From NCBI GenBank assembly GCA_945897985.1, contig CAMDGN010000001.1, forward strand, positions 1 to 61,038: DNA of 61,038 nt. Reading direction: 5' to 3'. Under the pieces are notes generated by a model. The model made no database searches. It was not told the origin of the DNA and was given only the letters and a program-made list of their open reading frames with translations. Positions 1 to 9,788 of the stretch are shown here, one piece after another. Numbering within the stretch: position 1 is the stretch's first letter; each line of letters begins with the position of its first letter. The position numbers were made by a program, and so were the translations under genes. The stretch comes from a candidate division WWE3 bacterium (GTDB taxonomy: Bacteria > Patescibacteriota > WWE3 > UBA101185 > UBA10185).

Positions 1-189
1 GGTGCCATTGAAACTCCTGGAGCTTCCATGAATGAGGAAACTAAGAAAGCAACTCTGCCTTTAATTCCAGCCGGAAGAATCGGAACCCCAATTGATATTG
101 GTCGGGCTGTTGCGTTTTTAGCTTCTGACTACGCCGATTACATAACTGGCCAAGTATTGCCGGTTGACGGTGGTTGGACAATTCACTAA
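1..189 (+). CDS. SDR-family oxidoreductase, C-terminal part (runs off window start)
   Basis: Frame 1 reads GAIETPG...[41 protein letters not shown], a typical FabG-like SDR C-terminus. Confidence 0.9.
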   Translation, partial: GAIETPGASMNEETKKATLPLIPAGRIGTPIDIGRAVAFLASDYADYITGQVLPVDGGWTIH

Positions 190-227
190 TTATTTTTATT
201 AAATTTTAAACCAAGGATTGATTTATT

Positions 228-237
228 TGGCTCCCCC
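228..237 (+). repeat. att core, left copy (TGGCTCCCCC)
   Basis: Identical to 1938-1947, the reverse complement of the tRNA-Asn 3' end GGGGGAGCCA. Confidence 0.7.
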
Positions 238-320
238 TAGTAGACATGTTTATAGCAGGAGATATTGAGTTTGGTTTTAGTATTTCAAACCTTAAATGCG
301 TTGCAGAAACGTTGGCTTAA
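228..320 (+). pseudogene. Displaced C-terminal tail of the serine recombinase (WLPLVDMFIAGDIEFGFSISNLKCVAETLA*)
   Basis: Open frame starts exactly at the att core with the same WLP codons as the recombinase fragment at 1938; stop at 318-320 overlaps the stop of the convergent gene. Confidence 0.6.
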
Positions 321-1243
321 TTTTCGGCTAGTCTTTTATAGATTTGCTTTATTATCCTTGTTGCGTACTCTAGGTCGTCCGTATTCTCAACATCTATAAG
401 ACTTACATGTTGATTGTAATATTTAAAGCTATTAGTAAAATACGATACTTTGCCTTCAGGGTCTTTAACATCTTGTGGTTGTGTTCTTAATAACTCTATT
501 GTCAGTTTTGTACTCTTAGCTTTTACATTTACTAAATTCTTTGTACCTAATCTAAATCCAATATAGGACTTTACAGGTTTAATTTCCATACTTGGGTCTA
601 GTTCAAGCATTCTTGTAGAAAGTTCTTCGAACAGCTCTTTGGTTTTAGACCAATCACCCTTTATATGGTCTCCTAATGTGTATGGCTTGACTTCTTTGGA
701 TACGACATTCATATCCGCACTTTTTGCTATTTTCTTTATACTCTCACTCTTTTTAGACGCTCTTAGTTGGTTGAACACCAGTATGTCTCCTTCGTAAGGG
801 CTTACCTCCCAAAGTTCAATTGGTAAATCCTGAAAACCTATTGCTTCTTGTTGATATGTTGTGAAGGTTTCAGAGACAAATATAACTCTTATTTGTGACC
901 AATCTATATCATCTTTTTGTAAATTCTTATTAAACTTTGCATTGTATAAAAGAACAAAATCAGCTTTGTTATTTAAAGCTAATGCTAAATAAGCAAATCC
1001 TTGGTCTATTACGCTAAAACTACGGTCTCTTTTGTACTCAATCAAAACAAATGTATTTATTTCCGTATCAAAAGCTACCGTATCAATTCTTAGATTATTA
1101 AGTTGAAATTCAGAAGTTACAAACTTTAACCCAAATACTTTATCTAGATTTTTTTCGACTAGTGTCTGTAGATGTTTTTCGAGATTAAACTTTTGATTAC
1201 CCAAGGCTATAAGGTTTTCCCCTGATTTCTTATATATTTGCAT
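317..1243 (-). CDS. NucS/EndoMS-like PD-(D/E)xK nuclease domain plus DUF5655 domain protein
   Basis: N-terminal LEKHLQ...RIDTVAFD...LIEYKR motif; C-terminal ~115 aa with SYIGF typical of DUF5655. Confidence 0.65.
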   Translation of the reverse strand: MQIYKKSGENLIALGNQKFNLEKHLQTLVEKNLDKVFGLKFVTSEFQLNNLRIDTVAFDTEINTFVLIEYKRDRSFSVIDQGFAYLALALNNKADFVLLYNAKFNKNLQKDDIDWSQIRVIFVSETFTTYQQEAIGFQDLPIELWEVSPYEGDILVFNQLRASKKSESIKKIAKSADMNVVSKEVKPYTLGDHIKGDWSKTKELFEELSTRMLELDPSMEIKPVKSYIGFRLGTKNLVNVKAKSTKLTIELLRTQPQDVKDPEGKVSYFTNSFKYYNQHVSLIDVENTDDLEYATRIIKQIYKRLAEN

Positions 1244-1303
1244 AAGAGTATTGTACCAAAAGTGATAAAGTATGGTAATTAAAGTTAAAGATGTAATAAA
1301 GAA

Positions 1304-1654
1304 GTGACCAAATTGGAAGCAATAACAGAAAAACTTAATACCATTTATGATAGGGTTTCTAATATTCCCAATCTAAAGCATTTGATGCTATCCCTATACG
1401 AATATCTTGAAGTCTTTAATAATAATTCTGAGCTTATACCTCTAAACGACGCCATAAAGAGAATGGCTTATGAAGATACAAAACACATAAAGGATTTAGA
1501 AGAAAAGTCTCTGCAGGAGACTGAGAAAGCTTACAAATGTTTAAAAGCCTATCTGGTTAAAGAGCATATTACAGAAGATAGAGTTTTAAACGAAATAACC
1601 AACTATGAAGGTTCTTTTGCAGGAACTTATAGAAGTTCTTTAGGGAATTACTGA
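1304..1654 (+). pseudogene. Hypothetical protein, probably truncated by an internal deletion of the element
   Basis: ORF ends exactly where the out-of-frame recombinase fragment begins (~1644). Confidence 0.45.
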
Positions 1655-1979
1655 CGATGAGTATGACAAATATTATGAAAGCTTTCGTTCAAAAATAGAG
1701 GAAATAGATACCCAATTAGCCATTTTACAAGACGCCGAGGATAACTACTATACAACCGCTAAATACTTGCTAGAGCTGGCTAATCGAGCATACGACCTAT
1801 TTATAGGTTCGGAAGTGGAAGAAAGAAGGCAATTATTGAAATTAGTACTATCGAACCTAAGAGTAGAAGAGGATAAAGTTTGTTATGACGCTGTAAAACC
1901 CTTTGATTCAATACTCGTTTCTGCAAATAGTCAATTATGGCTCCCCCGCGTGGATTCGAACCACGAACCTTTAAGTTAA
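1644..1979 (+). pseudogene. Large serine recombinase, C-terminal coiled-coil fragment
   Basis: GITDDEYDKYYESFRSKIEEIDTQL...LELANRAYDLF...ERRQLLKLVLSNL...KPFD...WLPRVDSNHEP reads through the tRNA; no start or catalytic domain. Confidence 0.7.
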
Positions 1980-2012
1980 CAGCTTACTGCTCTGCCGTTG
2001 AGCTACAGGGGA
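1938..2012 (-). tRNA. tRNA-Asn(GTT)
   Basis: Cloverleaf TCCCCTG...CT GTT AA...GGTTCGAATCC...CGGGGGA G CCA. Confidence 0.97.
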
Positions 2013-2072
2013 ACAAACTAACTTGTAATTTATCACAAAAAAATGAGATTTTCAATTGATGAAAGGCTGATT

Positions 2073-2867
2073 TTACGAAGATTGTTTGAGTTTTTGATCG
2101 AGTTTAAACTTCAGAAAGAATCCCAAAGCAAAAAATCCTAAAACAAACACATGGATAAAATTAAGGGGGAGCTTGAAGTAGGATACAGGCACTTCAATTA
2201 GTAGGAATATTCCATAATACACAACCGCTAAAGCTCTAATTAATTCTTTTTCTGGCTGGTAGCCTGAGAACTTCAGAAGATAGAAAACAGCTGTAGTTAG
2301 CAGGAGATAGCCCCAAAGGAATTCGCTTACGTAAAGTATTAATTTCTGCATAGCCATTGCTCCAAGCAAGGTTTTCAAAAATCCTGAGCCATTTAGGTCT
2401 AAAGATTCAACAAATGTTTTTACAGTCTCCTTATTTATAGTAATTTCTTCCCTATTTCCCAAGACAGAAGCTAGAGGGATGTTTTGAAATTCTCCATCAA
2501 CTTTAATAATTATTTCTTTAGAATTAAGAATAGCTAGAACTCCCTTATCAGAAAAATCAGCATAATCAGTTTTTTTAGAAATATAAATCAAATTTTTGGA
2601 ATTAAGTTCGAGTGGAAATCCTGTATTTTCTAGAAGATAGCTATCTGCATTCAACTCAATATCCTCTTTTTTGATTTTAAGCTCAATATTTTTTTCAGAG
2701 ATTACTTTAGAAAAATACTCCGACATTTTAATGGCTTCATTTTTAAAAATATTGAATTGAACAAAGTAGTAGACTGAAAATGAGATAATTAAATTTGACA
2801 GGGCGCAGAGCCCAAATACCGCAATTGCTTTTTTCAATTTTAATTCTAGTAAAAAATTCATTAACAT
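2073..2867 (-). CDS. Hypothetical membrane protein (DUF1189-like topology)
   Basis: N-terminal TM, soluble loop, three C-terminal TMs. Confidence 0.6.
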   Translation of the reverse strand: MLMNFLLELKLKKAIAVFGLCALSNLIISFSVYYFVQFNIFKNEAIKMSEYFSKVISEKNIELKIKKEDIELNADSYLLENTGFPLELNSKNLIYISKKTDYADFSDKGVLAILNSKEIIIKVDGEFQNIPLASVLGNREEITINKETVKTFVESLDLNGSGFLKTLLGAMAMQKLILYVSEFLWGYLLLTTAVFYLLKFSGYQPEKELIRALAVVYYGIFLLIEVPVSYFKLPLNFIHVFVLGFFALGFFLKFKLDQKLKQSS

Positions 2868-2914
2868 ATTCTATCAAACATAAAAATAAATATTCTCTTG
2901 ATGTATAATTTAAA

Positions 2915-5900
2915 ATGATGAGGTATCGAATTTTTCCTATATTTTCAATCATTTTTGCTTTTATAGTTATGAGCAATAATTCAGTTTTTGCTTCTGAATT
3001 ACTTACAAAATATAATTTAATTTTTGCAACTAATCCACGAACAGGTTTGCAGATTTACGATCCTGAGCAAGTTGCCTATTCTGGAATTACCTTCGGCACC
3101 CAGCCCTACCCCGGAGCTAATGAAATTATAGATTTTAAATTAGGTGCTTCTACAATGAGGACTACAACCTTAAATCCTAACAAACCAGTTATCGGTTTCC
3201 CAGACGATTGTTATCCAGACGACCCTAATAATCCTGAAGGAAATATTTTAATTAGTGGAAAAATTATTTCAAATTTTACCAACAAACCAGTTAATGGTGC
3301 TGTTGTTGCTGTATTTATGGGAGCCGAGCACTTAAATAACGATGGAAATGACGGTAACGGTATGCAATATGATGATAAGTTTGTAGTTGGTGGTAAAGAC
3401 ATAAATGGAAGATTGACCAATCTTTATTATTACGATGTATCAAAAGATGGTGAGTATAAAGTATTTGCTTGTAACGCATATAAACAGCTCTCTGACTCTA
3501 GAAAAAGAGAATTAAAAAACACAATTTTTAGAAACAATACTTTTTGTCCTGAAGGATATGTAAACACGGGATCTGGTTGTAACTATTACGACTATACAAA
3601 AGCATTTCCTAAATTCTCTCTAGCTGTTATTTGTGGAATGGCAAACACTGTAGATTCAAGCCTTCCCTCACCTATAATCGGAGAAATCTATTCTATTGAT
3701 AATTACAACGATTCTTACAAAGGAGGAAACCCCCCAACTTACATGAAAAAAAATAATTTTGATATCAGGGTTAATTGTCAGGAAAACCTTCCTTCGTTCC
3801 CAATACCATTATATTTGGAGTACGCATCGCCTAACAATGTTGCCTCTTGTAGAATGGATGACATCAGTCCCAGCTTAAAAAATTATTTTAACAAAGTGCA
3901 ACTTCCTTTAAGAAATTTCCAGTTTGATTTAACCGCTTCCTCTGGAGGAAGCGTAATTCCGGACGAGGGTGCTCTACCAAATTGTGTAAATCCGGATGAT
4001 ATTTTTTGTCTAAAAAACTTCATTACTAAATCTTTCCAAAAACCTGAGTTAGGTAAAAACATTTATTCTTATGGAGCAAAAACTTACCTATCAGATCAAA
4101 ATGTAAATCCAAATACTAAAGATGAGATTTTAAAATATGCTTCAGCTCATCAGTCCAGAACAATAGACTTGAGCGATGCTGAAACAAACGGTTTGACTGG
4201 CGAAGCTGGTAGAAACTTTTTAGCAAAAGATTCGGACTCCACATTTGGTCAATTTGACGCAAAAATGGATGTAAAATCTTTTATCGATGATGTTAAATTT
4301 GATCTTTCAAGTCTAAAAGATTTATACGCATGTTTCACAACTTTTAACTCACCTGCTATGAGAACTAATGCGGAATTAGATGAGGCCGATTATCAAAGAG
4401 CTGTCCGAAGTCCTGGAACATACAATTACAACCCAAATTTAAGAATCCCATCTTGTAAAGAATTATATTGTGGACAAGAATTTCTTCCTGATAATAGGGT
4501 TTGTAAGGTTGTTAAACCGAGTGTAGCTGAGGATGAAAAATATGGAAACAATTTTTCGATGAAAGAGAACGATAAATTTATTCAACTTAACGCTCTAACA
4601 GGTTACGGTCCGGGAGTTACTCTAAACCTTCAATCCCAAAAAGAAATTTCACAAAATTTGTTAGTATTATCTAAAGATTTAATTAATTCCGATTTTAATC
4701 CTAAAAAACCTTTTGATGGTGCTGTGTACAGATCTGTATCCAAGGTTTCAGACATTGTTGCTTGTTTAGATGATAATAACAGGCCTGTTTATTTAAATGA
4801 TAATTCGTCGGGCAATGAAGGTTCAATTACATATACAGTAAATGATCAACAAACAACTTTTTACTCTCCTGTCCCCTTTATGAGTTATTTATCTATTCCT
4901 TATAATATTGAATTATTTCACTCAATTGTGAGCGATAACTATAAAAACCAACTTGGTCAAACATCCTCTTCTTTATTTCCAGAGCAATGTAATGGGGAAG
5001 GAGCCGATCAAAAATTTGCAAACTGTAGATCTGCTGTGATTCCAGGAGGTGTTTATTCTATCTCAGCGCTTAGATTAATTGCAAACATGTGTAGTAATGT
5101 AACAAAGCTTCCGACATCTGATGCAGGAGTCTTTAACAGGGTTATGGGATTAACAGGAGAAAATACCTCTAGTTTGATCAACAGTTCCACTTTAAATAGA
5201 AGTATGGATATTGAATTATCTGTGACAAAAATAGGTACCCCAGTTTCTTTATGTTTGTGTAAAGCGGGAGATTACAATTGTAATTATAATTCAAAATTAA
5301 ATAATTTAGAAAATCCTTCAGACGCCGCAATTTCGAGTTTTATTAGAGATGGCGACCAAAATAATGGTAATAACTACTTAGGCGTTAAATGTAATAATAA
5401 ATTTGGTAGTGAAGCAGTTAAAGATCCTTCTAAAGATTGTGCAGATATTGCAAATCGAAACGCTGATAAAAATGTTCCTATTACAAATCCAAACTTTGCT
5501 GGGGCAGGTGGAAACTCCTTACAGGTCAAATGGGCATATAGTTACGATATTTTTAAAGATGGTAGGGACGCCAATCACCAATGGATTTCATATTCTTGGG
5601 AAAAAACCGGAAGCGAGCTAACAGCTTATGACACTCCACAAAGAGACTTTTCCCAACTTAGGAATATAAGAAGTGTTTGGAAGAACGCAGCTGCGGGAGG
5701 TGTAAGTGATGCCTGTATTTATGGAAGTGATGCTGGTTGTTTATCGTTTCCAAGGTTAACTTTTGATCTGGATGATCACAAAGTTTCTGCCTTAAACAAT
5801 ACTGAGGCAGTCCAATCTCCAGATTCTGCAGATCCCACAGGAGTTAAGACCACAAATTTTTATGAACCTGGGGCAGGAAGTGCAAGTAACTACGTTAAAG

Positions 5901-6685
5901 GAGATCTAAAAGTTGTTCAAGAAACATTGGATGGTACCTCGGGAGACGTAAAAGTAAAATATCAATTTGATAATGCAAAATATGATCCAATTCCGGATTT
6001 ATTAAATGATTTCAGAAAATATAGTATTTATGGTGCTGTTCCTGGAGGCGAGGAGTATTGTCGAGCACCTAAACTTACAACCTTATTCGACTTTAAAGCT
6101 AATGAATATAACTCTGTAAATCCTGATAAACCAAACGATTTAGTTTATTCAAGAAGTAAGGGTATCTACTGCAACGCAGCAATTCCTGAGGAGATGGAAA
6201 GGTGTGAAGATCCGGCAAACCGAAGATTTAGAGGTATGAATACTGCTGATGATTGTAGAAAGATCAAATGTTTATCTTTCTGTAACCAGATGAATGTTGA
6301 CTATAATTTATATGCAGTTGAAATTGATCAAGGTCGAAAAAATTATTATTGCGTAAACCGAAGCCCTAATATTGGAGTTGAAATGCAAATGAATACAGGT
6401 GATGAAGGTTGTATACTTGATTACGTAAAAAGAATGAGGACTGTTTACGCCGTTCCTGCTGAAGTTGATTCAAGCTATGTTTCAGTTAAAAATGATCCTA
6501 GATTTGATAAATCAAATTACCCTATTTATAACAATAACTTATGTAAAAACCCGTCAACCAGAAATCCCGCTGATCCTTCATACACTTTTGATGGAGGAAG
6601 TTGTAATCCCTTTGTTGGAGATAAATTAAAAGATGGGGCTGCTCTGGAAAACACTGATTTCAATATCCCAATCAATATTCCTTAA
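2915..6685 (+). CDS. Large secreted Cys-rich protein, 1256 aa, unknown function
   Basis: Signal peptide (…SVFA), about 34 Cys mostly in near pairs, Asn/Asp/Ser-rich. Confidence 0.75.
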   Translation: MMRYRIFPIFSIIFAFIVMSNNSVFASELLTKYNLIFATNPRTGLQIYDPEQVAYSGITFGTQPYPGANEIIDFKLGASTMRTTTLNPNKPVIGFPDDCYPDDPNNPEGNILISGKIISNFTNKPVNGAVVAVFMGAEHLNNDGNDGNGMQYDDKFVVGGKDINGRLTNLYYYDVSKDGEYKVFACNAYKQLSDSRKRELKNTIFRNNTFCPEGYVNTGSGCNYYDYTKAFPKFSLAVICGMANTVDSSLPSPIIGEIYSIDNYNDSYKGGNPPTYMKKNNFDIRVNCQENLPSFPIPLYLEYASPNNVASCRMDDISPSLKNYFNKVQLPLRNFQFDLTASSGGSVIPDEGALPNCVNPDDIFCLKNFITKSFQKPELGKNIYSYGAKTYLSDQNVNPNTKDEILKYASAHQSRTIDLSDAETNGLTGEAGRNFLAKDSDSTFGQFDAKMDVKSFIDDVKFDLSSLKDLYACFTTFNSPAMRTNAELDEADYQRAVRSPGTYNYNPNLRIPSCKELYCGQEFLPDNRVCKVVKPSVAEDEKYGNNFSMKENDKFIQLNALTGYGPGVTLNLQSQKEISQNLLVLSKDLINSDFNPKKPFDGAVYRSVSKVSDIVACLDDNNRPVYLNDNSSGNEGSITYTVNDQQTTFYSPVPFMSYLSIPYNIELFHSIVSDNYKNQLGQTSSSLFPEQCNGEGADQKFANCRSAVIPGGVYSISALRLIANMCSNVTKLPTSDAGVFNRVMGLTGENTSSLINSSTLNRSMDIELSVTKIGTPVSLCLCKAGDYNCNYNSKLNNLENPSDAAISSFIRDGDQNNGNNYLGVKCNNKFGSEAVKDPSKDCADIANRNADKNVPITNPNFAGAGGNSLQVKWAYSYDIFKDGRDANHQWISYSWEKTGSELTAYDTPQRDFSQLRNIRSVWKNAAAGGVSDACIYGSDAGCLSFPRLTFDLDDHKVSALNNTEAVQSPDSADPTGVKTTNFYEPGAGSASNYVKGDLKVVQETLDGTSGDVKVKYQFDNAKYDPIPDLLNDFRKYSIYGAVPGGEEYCRAPKLTTLFDFKANEYNSVNPDKPNDLVYSRSKGIYCNAAIPEEMERCEDPANRRFRGMNTADDCRKIKCLSFCNQMNVDYNLYAVEIDQGRKNYYCVNRSPNIGVEMQMNTGDEGCILDYVKRMRTVYAVPAEVDSSYVSVKNDPRFDKSNYPIYNNNLCKNPSTRNPADPSYTFDGGSCNPFVGDKLKDGAALENTDFNIPINIP

Positions 6686-6720
6686 AGTCAAACCTCCATA
6701 AATCTGCCCCTACAAATCTG

Positions 6721-6754
6721 TTGAAATATTTTAAATATAGACTATCATCTATAT
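6721..6754 (+). promoter_or_regulatory. suf promoter with palindromic operator
   Basis: TTGAAA-16-TATCAT; inverted repeat ATATAGA-ctatca-TCTATAT (6735-6754) overlaps the -10. Confidence 0.6.
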
Positions 6755-6757
6755 CTA

Positions 6758-7036
6758 ATGACTAAAGGTTGTAATTGCCAAGGATGTTTCGGTTCTTTAG
6801 GAATTGATTCCAGATATAAAATTTATGAATTCCTAAAAAAGGAAGCTAAAACTGTATCTGAAATTGCGACTTTTATTGGACTTAAGCAACCAACTATAAC
6901 TTACCATTTAAAGCAAATGGAGCTCTCTGGGCTTTTAAAAAGTCGAAAAGATGGTCATTTTGTTTATTATGAAGTAAGTGAAGTTTGTCCTCAAACCTTG
7001 AGAAGTTGTATTTTAGTTCCTATGAGAAGTAATTAA
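6758..7036 (+). CDS. ArsR/SmtB-family regulator heading the suf operon
   Basis: SRYKIYEFL...TVSEIA...LKQPTITYHLKQM wHTH; CNCQGC at the N-terminus. Confidence 0.85.
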   Translation: MTKGCNCQGCFGSLGIDSRYKIYEFLKKEAKTVSEIATFIGLKQPTITYHLKQMELSGLLKSRKDGHFVYYEVSEVCPQTLRSCILVPMRSN

Positions 7037-7056
7037 TTGATCTGCCGGAAAAAATA

Positions 7057-7788
7057 ATGTTAGAAATAAAAAATTTAAAAGTAAATATAGGTGACAAAGA
7101 AATCTTAAAAGGATTAAATTTAGAAATTGGTCAGAATCAAATTCACGCAATCATGGGACCAAATGGTTCCGGTAAATCAACCTTAGCCCAAACTTTAATG
7201 GGTCATCCTGGTTATGAAGTAACAGCAGGCGAAGTATCTTTCTTAAATGAAAATATTCTTGAAATGGAGCCAAACGAAAGAGCCGCAAAAGGCTTATTTC
7301 TTTCTTTCCAATACCCATCAGAAGTTGAGGGTGTAAATATTATTTCTTATTTAAGAATGATTTATAACCATTCTCATAACGAGAAACTTTCTCCAATTAA
7401 ATTTAGAGAGCTCTTAAAAGAAAAAATGACAATTCTAGATATTAAAGATGAGTTTTTAAATAGATACTTAAACGACGGATTTTCTGGCGGAGAAAAAAAG
7501 AGAATGGAGATGTTACAGATGCTTGTGTTAGAACCAAAATTAGCAATTCTTGATGAAACTGATTCAGGTCTAGACGTTGATGCTTTGAAGGTTGTTTCTC
7601 AAGCTGTAAATTATTTAGCTGAAAAAAATGGAATGTCTGCAATTGTTATCACCCACTACACTAGAATTTTAAAATACATCAAGCCTGAGTTTGTACACAT
7701 CTTAAAGGATGGAAAAATAATCAAACAAGGGGGAGAAGCTTTAGCTCACGAGGTCGAAGTATCAGGTTATGCTCCCTATATGAACTAA
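7057..7788 (+). CDS. sufC: Fe-S assembly ATPase SufC
   Basis: [26 protein letters not shown]. Confidence 0.96.
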   Translation: MLEIKNLKVNIGDKEILKGLNLEIGQNQIHAIMGPNGSGKSTLAQTLMGHPGYEVTAGEVSFLNENILEMEPNERAAKGLFLSFQYPSEVEGVNIISYLRMIYNHSHNEKLSPIKFRELLKEKMTILDIKDEFLNRYLNDGFSGGEKKRMEMLQMLVLEPKLAILDETDSGLDVDALKVVSQAVNYLAEKNGMSAIVITHYTRILKYIKPEFVHILKDGKIIKQGGEALAHEVEVSGYAPYMN

Positions 7789-9188
7789 TGCAAAACATTG
7801 TAATCAACAACGATTATAAAGAGAAATACGGATTTCACGTTGACTCTAATTTTACTCATAAAGCTCAAAAAGGTTTAAATGAGGACATAATCAGAGAAAT
7901 TTCTACAAACAAAAACGAACCGGCTTGGATGCTTGAGTATCGACTTAAAGCTTACGAAATTTTCAAGAAAAAGAAAAATCCAAATTGGGGAGGGAACTTA
8001 GAAGGTATTAATTACGATGAGATTTGTTACTATCTTAGACCTACTGATAAAGAATTAAGAACTTGGGAAGAAGTTCCTGCTGAAATAAAAGATACTTTTG
8101 AAAGACTAGGCGTTCCACAAGCTGAAAGGGAGTTTTTAGCTGGAGTTAAAGCCCAATTCGACTCTTCAGTTGTTTACTCATCCTTATTGTCAGAACTTGA
8201 AGAACAAGGGGTAATCTTTCTCTCAACCGACGAAGCTCTTCAAAAATATCCCCACTTTTTCGAAGAATATTTTGGAAAAGTTATTCCAGCTGGAGATAAT
8301 AAATTTTCAGCCCTAAACTCTTCTGTTTGGTCTGGAGGATCTTTTGTTTATATCCCAAAGGGAGTTCATGTTAAAAGACCACTTCAAGCTTACTTTAGAA
8401 TTAATGCTGTCAACATGGGACAATTCGAAAGAACCCTTATCATTGCTGATGAAGGTTCCTTCTGTCATTACGTTGAAGGCTGTACTGCACCGGTTTATTC
8501 TAAAGACTCACTTCACTCAGCTGTAGTCGAAGTTATAGTTAGAAAAGGCGCCAGATTTAGATACACTACAATTCAAAACTGGTCAAACGATGTTTATAAT
8601 CTTGTAACCAAAAGAGCCAGAGTTGAAGAAGATGGTGTGATGGAATGGGTTGATGGAAACTTAGGATCCCGACTTACAATGAAATACCCTTCTTGTTATT
8701 TAGTTGGTGAAAGAGCTAGAGGTGAGGTTTTATCAATTGCTTATGCTGGAGAACACCAACATCAAGACGCCGGAGCTAAAATGATTCACGCAGCTTCAAA
8801 TACTTCATCAACAATTATTTCCAAGTCTATTTCTACTAATGGTGGAAAATCCTCTTATAGGGGCTTAGTTCAGGTAGCTCCAGGAGCTAAAAATGTCAAA
8901 GTTAGAGTTGAATGTGACGCCTTAATTTTAGATGATAAATCAATTTCAGAAACTTTCCCTACAATGAAGATCAATGATTCTTCAGCTCAAATTGAGCACG
9001 AGGCAACAGTTTCAAAAATTGGTGAGGAAAAATTATTCTACTTAATGTCTCGAGGTTTAAACGAAGCTGAAGCTATGAGTTTAATTGTTTCTGGATTTAT
9101 TGAACCAATTGTTAAGGAGTTACCTCTTGAATATGCAGTTGAATTAAATAGATTAATCGAACTTGAGATGGAAGGAAGTGTTGGCTAA
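7788..9188 (+). CDS. sufB: Fe-S assembly protein SufB
   Basis: [32 protein letters not shown]. Confidence 0.96.
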   Translation: MQNIVINNDYKEKYGFHVDSNFTHKAQKGLNEDIIREISTNKNEPAWMLEYRLKAYEIFKKKKNPNWGGNLEGINYDEICYYLRPTDKELRTWEEVPAEIKDTFERLGVPQAEREFLAGVKAQFDSSVVYSSLLSELEEQGVIFLSTDEALQKYPHFFEEYFGKVIPAGDNKFSALNSSVWSGGSFVYIPKGVHVKRPLQAYFRINAVNMGQFERTLIIADEGSFCHYVEGCTAPVYSKDSLHSAVVEVIVRKGARFRYTTIQNWSNDVYNLVTKRARVEEDGVMEWVDGNLGSRLTMKYPSCYLVGERARGEVLSIAYAGEHQHQDAGAKMIHAASNTSSTIISKSISTNGGKSSYRGLVQVAPGAKNVKVRVECDALILDDKSISETFPTMKINDSSAQIEHEATVSKIGEEKLFYLMSRGLNEAEAMSLIVSGFIEPIVKELPLEYAVELNRLIELEMEGSVG

Positions 9189-9787
9189 TGAGAAAAGCAG
9201 AAATTTTAAAATTAACTCAAAACATTACTTACCAAGTTGTTGAAGATACAGATTTAATTTTGGATTTATTTGAAACTTCTTCTCCAGTAAAACTAGAAAT
9301 TATTTTCGATAAACCTGGCGTTTCATGCCATCTTATTGGTATGTATGTTTTAAATGATGGAGAAAAATTAGATTTCACAACTATCGCGAAACACGAAAGT
9401 AGAAACACATCCTGTCTTCAAGATGTTAGAGGTGTGCTTAGAGATAATTCTGATTCTAAATATATTGGTTCAATTATTATCGAAGAAAATGCTTCTCAAA
9501 CTGAAAGTTTCCTTGATGATAGTGTGTTAGTTTTAGGTCAAGGAACTAAAAATCAATCAGAACCAATTCTTGAAATTAAAAATAACGATGTAAAAGCGAG
9601 CCACGGATCAACAACTGGAAGAATTAATGAAGATGAAATCTTCTATTTACAATCCAGAGGCTTATCAAAAAAAGAAGCAGAAAACATTATTGTCGAAGGT
9701 TTCTTTGAAAAGTTGTTAAATCAAATCGAAGATACTACAATTAGAGAAGTAATTGCCGAAAAACTTGCTTCAAAACTAAATCAATAA
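9188..9787 (+). CDS. sufD: Fe-S assembly protein SufD (short form)
   Basis: PILEIKNNDVKASHGST...FYLQSRGL; coupled to sufB. Confidence 0.88.
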   Translation: MRKAEILKLTQNITYQVVEDTDLILDLFETSSPVKLEIIFDKPGVSCHLIGMYVLNDGEKLDFTTIAKHESRNTSCLQDVRGVLRDNSDSKYIGSIIIEENASQTESFLDDSVLVLGQGTKNQSEPILEIKNNDVKASHGSTTGRINEDEIFYLQSRGLSKKEAENIIVEGFFEKLLNQIEDTTIREVIAEKLASKLNQ

Positions 9788-9788
9788 G

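Larger units (their letters stand above)
228..1947. mobile_element. Degenerate integrated element at the 3' end of tRNA-Asn
   Basis: Bounded by direct repeat TGGCTCCCCC (228-237 and 1938-1947, the tRNA 3' end); contains recombinase fragments and a cargo gene. Confidence 0.75.
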
